From positions 42,167-106,166 of IMG/VR virus record IMGVR_UViG_3300033121_000983: a stretch of DNA of 64,000 bases; one strand, given 5' to 3'. Below are positions 45,890-54,625 of this stretch, one piece after another. Below the pieces are notes generated by a model. The model was not told where the DNA came from, ran no database searches, and saw only the letters and a list, made by a program, of their open reading frames with translations. The stretch is from a virus (Duplodnaviria > Caudoviricetes). The position numbers were made by a program, and so were the translations under genes. How positions within the stretch are numbered: the first letter of the stretch is position 1; each line of letters begins with the position of its first letter.

Positions 45890-46678
45890 TTAGCAAATCA
45901 GACTTGTGAGAGGGTTGAGTGACACGTCAGGGCCGACGAATTGACCGCCGGAAAGGACGTGCGCATCGGGCAACCGGTTGAGCAAGCCAGTATAGCGTGT
46001 GCGGGAATCCGCAAACAGCATCGCTACTTCTGCCGCGTTCATACCGTAGTCGCGGATTTGAATATCGTCGATTTGACCCTGCATGAATAGCGAAGGACTT
46101 TGCGTGGCGCCGATGGTCAGCTTTGGTGCGACAGTGATCGCGCCTCCGGCCGTGCCTGTTGCGCGCGACGTACCGTTGACGTACATCGTCAGCGCACCGG
46201 CGATGTTCGCGCAGCAGATGTGCGCCCACGTGTTAAGTGCCAACACGTCGTTCGCCTGTACTGACGGACTACCGGACATCCAGTAGAGCCAGATGCTGAA
46301 CGCAAACTGATTAAAAAGCAGACCATCTCCGGCGGCTGATGCGTACAGCGACATAGGCACATGTGAAGCACTCGCGCCGTCCGTAGGTCGGATCCACATC
46401 GAGAGCGTGCCGTTATTCCCGAGAATCAGTTTGGATGAGGCGTTCGACGCGACACCGTAACTGGTTGTGCCGGGAGTATCCACGGACCCGAAGAGGCCGT
46501 GATTGGCGTTGTTACCAAACACAGCCCCGCCTGTCATGGCGACGTGGTGGAAATTGGCCAGGTCGTACCACGTCTTGCCTGCGTCAAGCGGCGGTAGCGT
46601 GAGCCACCAGCCCAGTAATCCACGCGAGAGCGGGGACATCGGGTTTACCGCGTTTGTCACGTCGACTAAAACTGGCAT
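45890..46678 (-). CDS. LamG / concanavalin-A-like lectin domain protein
   Basis: GLLGWW, TLSMWIRP, LNTWAHIC...TMYVNG, LTIGA...FMQGQIDDIQIRDYGMNAAEV. Confidence 0.8.
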   Translation of the reverse strand: MPVLVDVTNAVNPMSPLSRGLLGWWLTLPPLDAGKTWYDLANFHHVAMTGGAVFGNNANHGLFGSVDTPGTTSYGVASNASSKLILGNNGTLSMWIRPTDGASASHVPMSLYASAAGDGLLFNQFAFSIWLYWMSGSPSVQANDVLALNTWAHICCANIAGALTMYVNGTSRATGTAGGAITVAPKLTIGATQSPSLFMQGQIDDIQIRDYGMNAAEVAMLFADSRTRYTGLLNRLPDAHVLSGGQFVGPDVSLNPLTSLIC

Positions 46679-46684
46679 CGCGCA

Positions 46685-47128
46685 CTAACCATTCTGATAA
46701 GTGTAGGGGCGAATCTTCAGCGTGTTGGCGCTGGCTGCGAGTGATTGGCCTGTGCCGTCGTTCTTGGCCAGGACCTTCAGTTTCCCCGGCGGGAGATTCG
46801 CACGGCGAATAATCCGCTGCACCGTTGTCACTGCACGCACGGGAATGACGAGGTCTGGGCGTCGCGCCGGCGTAGTTGAGGCGTCGCCGTCTTCGTAGTT
46901 CGTACCATCCTGCGACTGCAGGAACCAGATCGCGATGCCCGTACCGGCAGTGGGGTTGGTGCCGAACTGAACGACAAGCTCCACGTCAGCAAGTACGTAC
47001 CCGTTCCCGGCAGCGCCGTAGGTGTTATCAAACCCGGCCGAAATGTTCAGAGCGTTGTTCGCGAGTGAGTTGAGTTCCGTGGTAAGGACCGAGGTCTGGG
47101 AACCTAGAACAAACGATGTTGTTCGCAT
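46685..47128 (-). CDS. Beta-sandwich virion accessory protein (147 aa)
   Basis: LNSLANNA, DGTNYED, LPPGKLKVLAKNDGTGQSLAAS; upstream of the LamG gene. Confidence 0.65.
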   Translation of the reverse strand: MRTTSFVLGSQTSVLTTELNSLANNALNISAGFDNTYGAAGNGYVLADVELVVQFGTNPTAGTGIAIWFLQSQDGTNYEDGDASTTPARRPDLVIPVRAVTTVQRIIRRANLPPGKLKVLAKNDGTGQSLAASANTLKIRPYTYQNG

Positions 47129-47164
47129 TATCTCTCAACTTTCCAAGAGTGTCGTTAGTACCGG

Positions 47165-47290
47165 CTATAGACCCATGCGTTTCGCGTCGTCCCGCACGTT
47201 GGGGTTTGAGCACTCCCCAGCTGTGATGCCCGGCGCTACACCGAGGAAGGTGAGTACCGCGAGCAGCGCAGTTTGGCGAGTTGCTCGCAT
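47165..47290 (-). CDS. Possible 41-aa peptide or gene remnant
   Basis: MRATRQTALLAVLTFLGVAPGITAGECSNPNVRDDAKRMGL fills the gap; weak RBS. Confidence 0.3.
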   Translation of the reverse strand: MRATRQTALLAVLTFLGVAPGITAGECSNPNVRDDAKRMGL

Positions 47291-47313
47291 AATCTGAATT
47301 CCGCTAGTCAGAA

Positions 47314-47358
47314 CACAACAGGCGGTCGACCTCGTGTGCGAGATCGCCGCCCGTCGTG
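47314..47358 (-). terminator. Stem-loop after the head operon
   Basis: CACAACAGGCGGTCGACCTCG / CGAGATCGCCGCCCGTCGTG imperfect inverted repeat; A-C mismatches become G-U pairs on the minus strand. Confidence 0.45.
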
Positions 47359-47378
47359 CCCCTGGGAAGAGTTCCGAA

Positions 47379-47741
47379 CTACGCGACCTCGCTGGTCCAG
47401 CAAGGATCGATCGTACTCAGCGTATCGTTGTCGAGCACCAGCTGCTTCGTCGCAGCGAGTGTGGCGTCATACAGAGCGACTGCCGGAGTGCTGACGATTT
47501 CCAGCGCGGCATCGCCGTCTGTGTTATCGCCCATCGCCGACAGCAGCCCATCGGTCCAGTGTGCGCCGCCGCGATCGCCGTACGACCCACGCGCAACGCT
47601 GTCAGGCAGGCTGCCGAGCACGGCGAACTCTTCGTCGTCGTCGAGCTCGACACCTCGCGGCCCGAGGAAGCCGAAGTAGCGGCTTGCGCCGCTGATGTTA
47701 CGCACGACCGTGAACAAGCACGACGTGTCCATAGCTGCCAT
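47379..47741 (-). CDS. Putative virion protein (120 aa, acidic)
   Basis: Strong GAGGAG upstream. Confidence 0.75.
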   Translation of the reverse strand: MAAMDTSCLFTVVRNISGASRYFGFLGPRGVELDDDEEFAVLGSLPDSVARGSYGDRGGAHWTDGLLSAMGDNTDGDAALEIVSTPAVALYDATLAATKQLVLDNDTLSTIDPCWTSEVA

Positions 47742-47763
47742 GTTCTATCTCCTCTTACCGCAA

Positions 47764-47805
47764 CGCGCGGCAGTTTGCTTTAACGTTTAACCGAACTACC
47801 GCGCG
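47764..47805. promoter_or_regulatory. 42-bp imperfect palindrome centred on TTTAAC|GTTTAA
   Basis: CGCGCGGCAGTTTG...CGAACTACCGCGCG arms around a degenerate copy of the recurrent motif. Confidence 0.5.
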
Positions 47806-47813
47806 TCGGCGAC

Positions 47814-48242
47814 CTACGCAGCCGCTTGCTGCGCGTCGAGAACGTGCAGCAGGACAGCGGCCTGCGCGATATTCGGGTTGGCTTGCACGAGTTCCGCGGC
47901 TTTCTGGTAGGCCAGCCGCTGATTTTGTTGCTGCTGCATGCCGGTCACGCCGTACAGCTGATCGACAGCAGTCTTGAATCGATTCGGGGCTGCAGCGGCC
48001 TGCTTCGTGGCCTGCGTGCCGTAAAGTTCTTCGTCGGGCACCTGGCTGATCATTTCGGCAGCCTGCAGCAGCGAGGCAGCTTCAGCTTCACTGTTGGCGG
48101 CGAAACCGAGCGAGGCCATCTTCTGCAGGAACGCCGGGACGAAAACCTCGCGCATCACCAGATCATTCGCCTCGGCGGCGTGTTTCTGCAGATCCGCAGG
48201 GTTCGGAGCAGCCGGCTGTGCTGTCTTCGAGGCTTGGGTCAT
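47814..48242 (-). CDS. Head-module protein, K-x-A rich (142 aa)
   Basis: All 6 Lys are K-x-A (KTA, KHA, KMA, KQA, KTA, KAA); AAGGA upstream. Confidence 0.75.
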   Translation of the reverse strand: MTQASKTAQPAAPNPADLQKHAAEANDLVMREVFVPAFLQKMASLGFAANSEAEAASLLQAAEMISQVPDEELYGTQATKQAAAAPNRFKTAVDQLYGVTGMQQQQNQRLAYQKAAELVQANPNIAQAAVLLHVLDAQQAAA

Positions 48243-48373
48243 GTCAGTTCCTTGAGTGTCAGCCGCCGGCCGGCGGCATCAGTTGTGTCGTGTGCTCTGC
48301 GCTGTCGCAGAGACCGCGGGAGATCACACGGGGCGCACAGTAACACACTGTACGCCCCGCGTAGACCCGACGA

Positions 48374-49315
48374 CTAGACGAAATCCACCGCCGCAACGGC
48401 GTTGGTGTTGGCGATCGTTCCGCCGCCTTCCCAGTACGCGAAGAATTCAAGCATGAATGCCTCACGATGGATGTGCATCGTTGTATCCTCGAGGACCAGG
48501 CTGCGGCCAAGTCCCTTGGGATCTGCGAACATGTAGCACCGGTTGGTCGGAACCAGCGAGCGCTTGATGGTGATGATCCACCGACGTCCCATGAACATCT
48601 GCATGGACCAGCCATCTTTCATGATGTCCTGGGCCATGTCGCCACCGAATTCGTTTCGGCCGAAGGCACAGATGCGCTTGATCGTGATGTTATTCACGAG
48701 GCAGGTCTGCACTTCGAAGTTCGACGAAGTCGAGGGCATGATTTCCAGCATGCGCCAGAGGCCGTTGCGGGTGATCCCGCCGCTGAGCGTCTGGTGCTGC
48801 GCGATACCGCTGAGCGGCACGACGGTGTCGGGCGCCACCATGATGGTGTCGACCGCCGAAATGAACTTGCTATCACGCTCGGCCATCATGTCTTTGATGG
48901 CATTGTCGCTGATCACCTGGCGGATATCCATGATCCAGGTGCGCAGCTCGCTGACGTCTTTCGTGAACCGACGCGTCAGGATGCGGTTGAAGGACACCAT
49001 GAAACGCGGGCCGCGGATGTAGTAGTTCATCGGCAGCATCGCGTACGGCACGGTCACCGCCGCTGGCGAGTTGGGTTCGCGGTCGATCACGACCATGGGC
49101 TTGTCGGTCCAGACGACTCGCGTGAGCTCGTCGTTGGCGATCGGAATCGACGGCAGAATCTGCTCCGCGAACGAATCTTCGCGGACAGTCTGGCGGACGA
49201 ATTCCTGCACGGCCGAGGCGGCTTCTTTGTACCGCATCGGGTCGCCTGAATTCAGGCATTCGTACACCGCGCTGTTGATCAACGCGGTGTCTTGGTCTTG
49301 TAACGTCGCGGACAC
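48374..49315 (-). CDS. Major capsid protein, HK97 fold (encapsulin/linocin-like size, 313 aa)
   Basis: REDSFAEQILP, IRQVISDNAIKDMMAERDSKFISAV (spine helix), FMGRRWIITIKRSLVPTNRCYMF, YWEGGGTIANTNAVAAVDF; GAGGAG RBS; follows scaffold and decoration genes. Confidence 0.8.
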   Translation of the reverse strand: MSATLQDQDTALINSAVYECLNSGDPMRYKEAASAVQEFVRQTVREDSFAEQILPSIPIANDELTRVVWTDKPMVVIDREPNSPAAVTVPYAMLPMNYYIRGPRFMVSFNRILTRRFTKDVSELRTWIMDIRQVISDNAIKDMMAERDSKFISAVDTIMVAPDTVVPLSGIAQHQTLSGGITRNGLWRMLEIMPSTSSNFEVQTCLVNNITIKRICAFGRNEFGGDMAQDIMKDGWSMQMFMGRRWIITIKRSLVPTNRCYMFADPKGLGRSLVLEDTTMHIHREAFMLEFFAYWEGGGTIANTNAVAAVDFV

Positions 49316-49389
49316 TGTTTATCTCCTCTGACCTGCCGCGGGGCAGGTGCTGATGGTTGTGTGAACGGCTAGCAGTTCGCGTTAGCGGA

Positions 49390-49980
49390 CTACGAAGCCA
49401 GCTTGGGGAAGAACATCGTCCACAGCGACAGGATGCTGCGTCCGGCTGCGTTGTTGGTCACCGGATGCGAGACGATCCCGATCACCGGCTCCGCACCTGC
49501 GATCCCGCCGGTGCAGCGCGTAATGCGTCCACCGGTGGTTTGATTGGTGTCGGCGGCGGTGGCGGTGAGCGCATCGCCCGGGTCGTAGGTGTCACCCAGC
49601 GAAGCTTCCGACTGAAACTCAGTCGTTTCGACTTCGAACGTCTGCAACCCGACGAGGCAGTTCAGGCCAATGCCGGCCGTGCCGCGCGGGGCGTTGATCG
49701 AGCTGTAGATACCCGTTTCGGTTGCCGGATCGCCACCGTCGAGGGTGATATCCGGATCGTCCGAATTCGAGAAGTTCCACATCGGCGGCCGCATCAGGTA
49801 CTGCGTGCCCACCACACCGGTCTTGAGCGTTCCGTCGCTGTGCAAGTGCAAGCAGCGGCCCGCATAGACCGTAATCGTCACATCGGCGCTCAGTCGCGCC
49901 TGGTGCATCACAGCGTGCGGAGCCGGCCATGCCGACTTGGGGTTCAAGCTGTGAGCTTCCATCTGTCGTTCAGCAACCAC
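49390..49980 (-). CDS. Putative capsid decoration/cement protein
   Basis: Directly upstream of the MCP; EVETTEF...TYDPGDALTA...VIGIVS pattern; AGGAGAG upstream. Confidence 0.6.
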   Translation of the reverse strand: MVAERQMEAHSLNPKSAWPAPHAVMHQARLSADVTITVYAGRCLHLHSDGTLKTGVVGTQYLMRPPMWNFSNSDDPDITLDGGDPATETGIYSSINAPRGTAGIGLNCLVGLQTFEVETTEFQSEASLGDTYDPGDALTATAADTNQTTGGRITRCTGGIAGAEPVIGIVSHPVTNNAAGRSILSLWTMFFPKLAS

Positions 49981-49998
49981 GTTTCTCTCCTATCGATG

Positions 49999-50019
49999 TT
50001 GTTGACGTGTCGTCAACAA
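49999..50019. other. Perfect 9-bp hairpin TTGTTGACG-TGT-CGTCAACAA
   Basis: Intergenic inverted repeat just upstream of the decoration gene RBS. Confidence 0.5.
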
Positions 50020-50039
50020 GGCTGTTGTTGTAAATCGCG

Positions 50040-50486
50040 TTACCGCACGCCGGCCAGCTTCAAGAGTGCCTCAGACCGCCGGGCGACCACCGGGTCGCTC
50101 ATGTTGCGCGGAGCCCCGCAGACGAACAGACCGTCGGCCGAGCCTTCAGCCTGGGTCGAGGCCTGCTTGTCGTAAGTTCCGCTCGTCGGAACGCCGGCGC
50201 CAAGCGACGCGGGTTGAGCCGCCGCTTGTTTCTGCTGGTGAGCCACCACGTTCGCCAGGATCTGCTGCAACGACGCGGGGTCAGACAGCTGGGTCACCGC
50301 GGCGGCTTTCTGCGTCGGCGCAATCAAACCCGCTTGCACGAGTTGATCGGCCAACGCCGGCGCCTGCGCGGCCAGCTTCTGCTGCTGCTGCGCAGCCTGG
50401 CGGATGTGTTGCTGCGCTTCTGCGAGCGCTTTCCCGGTCGTCGCCACGTAATTGGCGAGCTTCTCGGGGTCGTGAACCGATGCCAT
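50040..50486 (-). CDS. Small scaffold-like protein, K-x-A rich
   Basis: Gln/Ala-rich helical; 6 of 7 Lys are K-x-A; GAGGAG upstream. Confidence 0.7.
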   Translation of the reverse strand: MASVHDPEKLANYVATTGKALAEAQQHIRQAAQQQQKLAAQAPALADQLVQAGLIAPTQKAAAVTQLSDPASLQQILANVVAHQQKQAAAQPASLGAGVPTSGTYDKQASTQAEGSADGLFVCGAPRNMSDPVVARRSEALLKLAGVR

Positions 50487-50532
50487 GTCTATTCTCCTCG
50501 TCCGCGTGGACGCTGTTTGTGTGGAAGTACGG

Positions 50533-51852
50533 TTAACCGCGGCTCAGTTCACGCACGTACGCATTGAGCGCAGCACGCTTCGCCTGGGCCCGCTTACTTG
50601 CGGACGCCGCGCCGTACGCAGCGGCCTTGAACTGATCGGGAGTGGCCTGCTGTTCCTGCAGCGCCTGCAGCAACATCTGCAGCACTTCAGGCGGCAGGTT
50701 CGCCAGCGGGTCTTCTCCGCCAGGTGCCCCGCCGAGTGCGGCTTCCATTCCCGGAGCGCCGCCCATACCGGGATCACCACCCATGCCGGGATCGCCGCCC
50801 ATCATGGGGTCAGCGCCCATCTCGGGAGGAGGTGCGGGCATGCCTGCGCCTGGGTCCATACCCATGCCAGGATCACCGCCCATAGCGGGGTCAGCACCGC
50901 CGAGCATTTCTGCCAGCGGATCACCGCCACCGCCGCCGCCGTCGACCGGAGGAGGCGCGGAAGGTCCTGCAGCCGGAGGTGCGCTACCGCCACCACCGCC
51001 GCCGCTTTCTTCCTTCTCTTCCTTCTCCTCGCCGGACTCTTCCTTCTTCTCGTCGTCCTTCGGCGGCTCATCGCTGGCCAGTTTCCGCGTCCGCCCCGCC
51101 GCTTTCGCAGCCGCCGCGGGCTGCGCGTTAGCCCCGGCGTTCAGGTGCTGAAAAAAATCTTGCAGGTAGTACGCGGTCTTCTCCGCGCACTGCTCGGCGT
51201 AGAGGATGGTCTGGTGCAGCACATCAGCGGCAACTGCTTCTGCCTGCTTCTGCAGATCAGTAGGGGACAGCGCGGCTTCGGCCGCGGCTGCACCTGCGGC
51301 AGCTGCCTTGGCGAGCGGAGCCTGCGCGGGCTGCGTACCAGCGGAGACGATCGATTCCGCCAGCAATTCGCGGCCGAGCGATTCCGCCTGCGCGAGATTC
51401 GCGAAGAAACCGGCGTACTTGCCGCCGTTCAGCGAATCGTTGTCCGTCCGCGCGGGGTGGGAGCTGGGTCCGTTGAAGCCACCGTCTTCCTTGGTGTCTT
51501 TCGTCGAAGACGTTTCGATTGAGGCGTCTTCACCGGTCAGCGACTGATGCGTGCCGATGTTCGGCTGCACCGAATCGAGGCTCGGAGCCGCGCTGGCACT
51601 TTCGACGCCGGCCGTTCCCTGCTCTTCCTTCACCTGCGCCGAGTTTTCCGCGTCGCGGAAACCGGTCGTCGCCGGCTGCGTACCGTCGTCGACATTCTTC
51701 GACGGATGTGTGGTGGTCTTGTTGTCGGCGTTCTCGTCGACGCCGGCATCACTGGCGAGCTTGTTACGACCAAGCGATGCCAGCATTTTCTCGACGGTGT
51801 TTCGCATCTGCGCGAGCTTCACCTGCTGCGGAGGTTGCAGAGTTGGACTCAT
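50533..51852 (-). CDS. Prohead scaffold/core-like protein
   Basis: Between protease and capsid genes; low-complexity acidic and GGDPGM segments; many KLAS/KQA/KAA motifs. Confidence 0.65.
   Translation of the reverse strand: MSPTLQPPQQVKLAQMRNTVEKMLASLGRNKLASDAGVDENADNKTTTHPSKNVDDGTQPATTGFRDAENSAQVKEEQGTAGVESASAAPSLDSVQPNIGTHQSLTGEDASIETSSTKDTKEDGGFNGPSSHPARTDNDSLNGGKYAGFFANLAQAESLGRELLAESIVSAGTQPAQAPLAKAAAAGAAAAEAALSPTDLQKQAEAVAADVLHQTILYAEQCAEKTAYYLQDFFQHLNAGANAQPAAAAKAAGRTRKLASDEPPKDDEKKEESGEEKEEKEESGGGGGGSAPPAAGPSAPPPVDGGGGGGDPLAEMLGGADPAMGGDPGMGMDPGAGMPAPPPEMGADPMMGGDPGMGGDPGMGGAPGMEAALGGAPGGEDPLANLPPEVLQMLLQALQEQQATPDQFKAAAYGAASASKRAQAKRAALNAYVRELSRG
50710..50925 (-). repeat. GGDPGM/GADP Met-Gly-Pro coding repeats
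   Basis: GGDPLAEMLGGADPAMGGDPGMGMDP...GGDPGMGGDPGMGGAPGM. Confidence 0.75.
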
Positions 51853-52023
51853 GTAATTTGGATCCTCGTGTTGTTACTGCCCGCCCTGTCGTTGTTCGGG
51901 CGTGCGGAAAGTTCAATCTGCGCTCGTGTCCGTTTTGCCGCAACAACGCGCGACGCGTTGATTATTGTGCGACGTAAGTCGTCACAGGTCAATCTGGTTT
52001 GATCTGCGTCAAGTAGAAATTCG

Positions 52024-54624
52024 CTACGCCGCGAAGTTCTGGAGCACAGCTAACTGGCACAGCGTGGGGAAATCGGCATCAGCAACGCACGCTGCCAGCG
52101 TCGCCACTTTGTAAAGCGCGTACTGTCGCGCCAGCCCCTCTGCGGCTGGCGAAACATCACGCACACCTGGGTTAAATCGCGTAGGCGTGTGGAGCACCGA
52201 CATCTGTGCGGCGCGCTTCACGTTCTCGATTGTCAGCGGCGCTTGTGGCAGCTGCGCAAGCTTCAGTGACGCGCGTTTCACGACGTACGGGTTACGCGCG
52301 AGCAGCTCATCCATATCGGCAGCGAACAACAACGAGCTGAAAGCGTGCGGCACCGCGGCGAGCGCATTGCGGATACCGGCCGTCTTCTCAGCATCCTCGC
52401 CTGCTGCCCAGGTGAAAAAGTCTCGCGCAGACAGCAACGTGCGGGATTGCTGCAGCACTGCCAGCGCGGGTTCGAACTGCAATCCCGCGAATTGCACCGC
52501 ACTGGCGAGCTTCGTCACTCGTAACTGTCCGACACCCTGCAGCAGCCCATTTTCCTGTGCGGTCAGTGGGCGACTACGCAGCGTCTGTTCGTATGCGGCC
52601 AATTTCGGCAGCACGTACAGCTGCTGCGACAGCGCATCTTGATCGGGCGGCAGATACTGTTCGGCCAGTTCGGCGCCGCCCATGACGTTTAGCAGTCCGG
52701 CTTCCTTGAAGTACGACGCCAATCCGCCGAACGCAATACGGTCGGCGTGCGTAGGAACTTCCGAGATGTCGAACCATTTCGGATTCGGATTGTCGACGTA
52801 CTGCTGAAAACCATCGCTGGCAGTTTTCGTCAACCCGCTACGACAACCGAACCCGCGATAACCGGTCTGCGGATTCACGCATTCCGACTCTTCACAGTAC
52901 TCCGCGCGGGAGCGTGCTTTCTTGCAGCAATTAGCACACTCGTCGTGGCTGATCGAGCAGTTGTGACTGGCCAGACCTGCGAGCGAGTATGAGTGATCGT
53001 CCGCAACTTCGAAATTGTAGGTCTGGATGTCCGTCACGTATCGCCGTTCCACAGCGCGCAGACGGTACGAAGCCTCACGGCCGGACCACGCAATTGTCCG
53101 GCTGCCGTAACGCACGCAGACACCACGACGGTTTCCCGTCAGCGAGTGTTGCCAGCGCTTCTCGCTGTTTCCGCATTTTTGCGAATACTTCACCAGCGCA
53201 CCGGCATCAGCCGGACAGATCGACAGCACGTACTCGACACCATCGGCGTAGCTGCCGTTATTCTTGGAATGCTTGATGCGCCCGATAACGCACGCAAGCC
53301 CAAGCGACAGCAGCAGGTCCCTGGCGCCGTACAGCGCCAGTAAGTTGCAGCTGCTGATGTGGGCGCCTCCGGCGTCCGTCCAACCATCGCCGTCGATCCA
53401 GCGCCCTAGAAACGCCAGTTTCACGGTATCCCGCGCGCCGTACAGGCCGAGTGGCACGCGTTTACTGTGACCTCCGGTGCCGATCAGCTTGGAACAGTAC
53501 GTCGCTAGCGCCGTGCTGCAGAACTGCATCGAGAACGCTACCGCAGAATTCAACTTCGGCTTGATTGTGACTGCCACGTCTGGCCAGTGGTGATTGATGA
53601 CCTCGGCGACGCAATGTGTCGCCCAGTCGTCGCCGTGTGTCGTAAACTCCAGTGTCGACGGCTTCTCTCCGTTGTAACGGATGCTACCTTCGGCCATGTA
53701 CGTTCCGAGAATCTCGGCCAACTCCTCGTTGTCCAGAACAGCTACGCCTGGTACCGCACGATCGGCAATGCACGCCCGCAGGCGATCGCTTGGATTGAAG
53801 TCGCCGGCCGATCCCCACTCGAATTGTGCGTCTAGCGGTTTTGCCTGCCACTCTTCGAAGGCACTACGCGACACCGCCGCCATCGCTTTGGTTGTCAGTT
53901 TGGCGCCTAGCATCGGATGGTCGGCTGTTAGCTCGATGCGCTCCGGCAGTCCTTGTACTTTCCACGACACGACGTCTCCGGTGTAGCGGCGTCGACGCAA
54001 CTCCGTGACAGTTCGCCAGCGTCCGAGGTGTGTCAGCACCTTGTCGCCGACTTTTACATCCGTGATGGGTAGGTAGCCGCGGGACGTTAGCACCGGCGTG
54101 GTCGGGTCGGTAATGCACGCCATGCTGTATTCGACGGGCTTTTCCGCCATCAAGGCGTCGATCGATTCCTGTGGCAGCGCGAGCCCGCCATTGCGTGCTG
54201 CAGCTTTTTCGCTGCCATTGGCGATTGCCAGCAGCTCCACGCGGCGCATCGCTTCGTTGTAGGCCGATTTGATAACCTGCCCATAGCGCTTGCTGGCGTC
54301 TTTGTTGCGGTGGTTGCGGTAGTATTTGGCGTGCTTGACGAAGCTACCGTGATGCTGACGGCACCACGCCTCTTTGAAGCCGTCACCGTTACGATTCGGC
54401 CCGTAGAATTCCGTCGCACCGAGCGCCACGATGTGCACCGGAATATCGCCAGGGCGCAGCTGATGTCGCGACAATTCTTCGGCGAACTCGCGCGCCATCG
54501 CGCGCTTCACCAGCAGCTGTTGACGGTCGTTCGGCCCTAGGCCGTTGTGTGCGACCTTAACGACCTGCACGGGCTGCATGTCCATCGCTGCCCAGCTGCC
54601 GACGCCGACGATTTTGCAAAACAC
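52024..54624 (-). CDS. Prohead (capsid maturation) protease-like protein with Cys cluster, intein-containing
   Basis: GPNRNGDGF, YRNHRN (candidate catalytic His); spliced junction EYSMA|CSISHDECANC gives an SMAC candidate catalytic-Ser motif; WFDISEVPTHADRIA; upstream of scaffold and MCP. Confidence 0.7.
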   Translation of the reverse strand: MFCKIVGVGSWAAMDMQPVQVVKVAHNGLGPNDRQQLLVKRAMAREFAEELSRHQLRPGDIPVHIVALGATEFYGPNRNGDGFKEAWCRQHHGSFVKHAKYYRNHRNKDASKRYGQVIKSAYNEAMRRVELLAIANGSEKAAARNGGLALPQESIDALMAEKPVEYSMACITDPTTPVLTSRGYLPITDVKVGDKVLTHLGRWRTVTELRRRRYTGDVVSWKVQGLPERIELTADHPMLGAKLTTKAMAAVSRSAFEEWQAKPLDAQFEWGSAGDFNPSDRLRACIADRAVPGVAVLDNEELAEILGTYMAEGSIRYNGEKPSTLEFTTHGDDWATHCVAEVINHHWPDVAVTIKPKLNSAVAFSMQFCSTALATYCSKLIGTGGHSKRVPLGLYGARDTVKLAFLGRWIDGDGWTDAGGAHISSCNLLALYGARDLLLSLGLACVIGRIKHSKNNGSYADGVEYVLSICPADAGALVKYSQKCGNSEKRWQHSLTGNRRGVCVRYGSRTIAWSGREASYRLRAVERRYVTDIQTYNFEVADDHSYSLAGLASHNCSISHDECANCCKKARSRAEYCEESECVNPQTGYRGFGCRSGLTKTASDGFQQYVDNPNPKWFDISEVPTHADRIAFGGLASYFKEAGLLNVMGGAELAEQYLPPDQDALSQQLYVLPKLAAYEQTLRSRPLTAQENGLLQGVGQLRVTKLASAVQFAGLQFEPALAVLQQSRTLLSARDFFTWAAGEDAEKTAGIRNALAAVPHAFSSLLFAADMDELLARNPYVVKRASLKLAQLPQAPLTIENVKRAAQMSVLHTPTRFNPGVRDVSPAAEGLARQYALYKVATLAACVADADFPTLCQLAVLQNFAA
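52960..54117 (-). mobile_element. Intein with LAGLIDADG homing endonuclease (386 aa)
   Basis: Starts CITDPTTPVLTSRG...; block B LTADHP; LAGLIDADG blocks ILGTYMAEGS and FLGRWIDGDG; ends YNFEVADDHSY...SHN followed by +1 Cys. Confidence 0.92.
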
Positions 54625-54625
54625 G

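Noticed and set aside
48374-49315. Cellular encapsulin nanocompartment locus
   Set aside because: The context is a phage head-tail operon with no cargo enzyme.
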